Assembly (NCBI GenBank): GCA_964247055.1
Contig: OZ176054.1
Span: 10,726,001 to 10,790,000, forward strand
From: Paragordius varius
Lineage: Eukaryota; Animalia; Nematomorpha
Direction of reading: 5' to 3'
DNA length: 64,000 bases
Below are positions 62,963 through 64,000 of this stretch, in pieces. The stretch's first letter is position 1, and every line of letters begins with the position of its first letter. Made by a program: the position numbers and the translations under genes. The notes beneath the pieces were generated by a model, which had not been told where the DNA came from, did not search any database, and was given only the letters and a program-made list of their open reading frames with translations.

Positions 62963-64000
62963 GTAATTTCTTATATTATCCCAATATCAAAACGATAAAA
63001 ATGAAATATATTGGTCCGATTACGAATATTAAGTTTATTTTTTTTATAAAAATTTAATATTGTAGGGGTCACGGGGAAAATGGTTAGCGTTATTTACCAG
63101 TTTGGACACAATTGTAATCAAACATTTTGAAAAATAAGTACTAATATTTGGTGAATTTATGGCTAAAAGTGGATCTTAGTCCTCGCATTTTAGCCATGTC
63201 CCGCCCGAAAAATAAACAGTCCATTATATAAACAACGCAATAAAATAATAAATTATTATGTACCTTAAAAATTGCTGAACACCTATGCTCCATCAATCAG
63301 CTAATTTAGATTGAAGTTTATGATTATATAAAGAAGTTAATCACTTTTATCTTGTGAAATCGGGAAAACCTACAAGGAAAAGCAATCAAAAATAAATCCC
63401 ACTGATTAATATATTTTTTTTATATGAAGCTAAATAAGGCGGGATATAATAGCAAACAGGACCTATAGAGTTGCGTGTGGAATACCAGAGTTTGAAACTG
63501 CACAATTTTTGAATATTATATGGTCAGCCCTGGTCGGGATGATTGTTTAATTATCTCAAGTCCTGATACCATTTTAGTCCTTTTCTGCAATAAAAAGGGT
63601 GAAAGGGTTTTCATAAGCTTTTTTATTGAAAAAAGTTAAAGCTTGAAAATGTAAAATAACAAAAGAGCTCAAAGGGTTAAAACGTTTCAAATCTTGTTTT
63701 ATTTAAGCAATTATGGTTAATAAAGTTTCAAATATTTTTCACTATGCCTATATATAGCCCACTGTTTGTCGTAAAATTGTTTACTTAATTTTCAACCACA
63801 TAACTGGCGTATCCATAATGGGTGAGGAGCTATATCGAAAAAGTAACTCGACTATATTCACGGCGATCGAAATGATACAAAATGTTATAATATCATTTTT
63901 AGTTTTCTCTTGGCTAAAAGTCGGCATTTTAAATTTATATATACACATATATGTTAGCCTGTCACTGTATTCGAAATCATTCCCTTAATGAATATGATTG

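Noticed and set aside
1-64000. tRNA/rRNA genes, prokaryotic operons or bacterial contamination
   Set aside because: No tRNA or rRNA signatures were noticed by eye, and spliceosomal introns and eukaryotic genes occur throughout. A covariance-model scan was not run.

Overview
This is a very AT-rich, intron-containing eukaryotic window, probably from an invertebrate; the species cannot be determined from sequence alone. Manual splice reconstruction (GT/AG, phases checked) supports seven protein genes. (1) The 3' part of an Asn-rich protein with a C-terminal SH3-like domain (+, <1-4123). (2) A 12+-exon ADAMTS/reprolysin-like gene (-, 5395-18015) that the ORF track misses; its HExxHxxGxxH zinc motif reads RGIAYSMGVKY, so it is predicted to be a catalytically dead pseudo-protease. 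(3) A SMYD-like SET protein with a second, C-terminal MYND finger (+, 21809-28316). (4) A TXNDC11/PDI-like thioredoxin protein with a CGFC site (+, about 38628-42307). (5) A small secreted single-DM13 protein (+, 45303-45904). (6) An intronless VPS52 (+, 51079-53475). (7) A run of phase-1 EGF-like exons (+, 59459-62962). Introns and intergenic DNA are rich in transposon relics: Gypsy and RTE retroelements, hAT relics, four copies of a TTAA-flanked MITE and several foldbacks. A three-layer nest at 54664-58268 contains an IS630/Tc1-type DD34E transposase that can be rebuilt by removing two inserts with inferred TATA and 3-bp target duplications. No tRNA, rRNA or CRISPR array was seen. All gene models and homologies come from by-eye reading; no database search was run.
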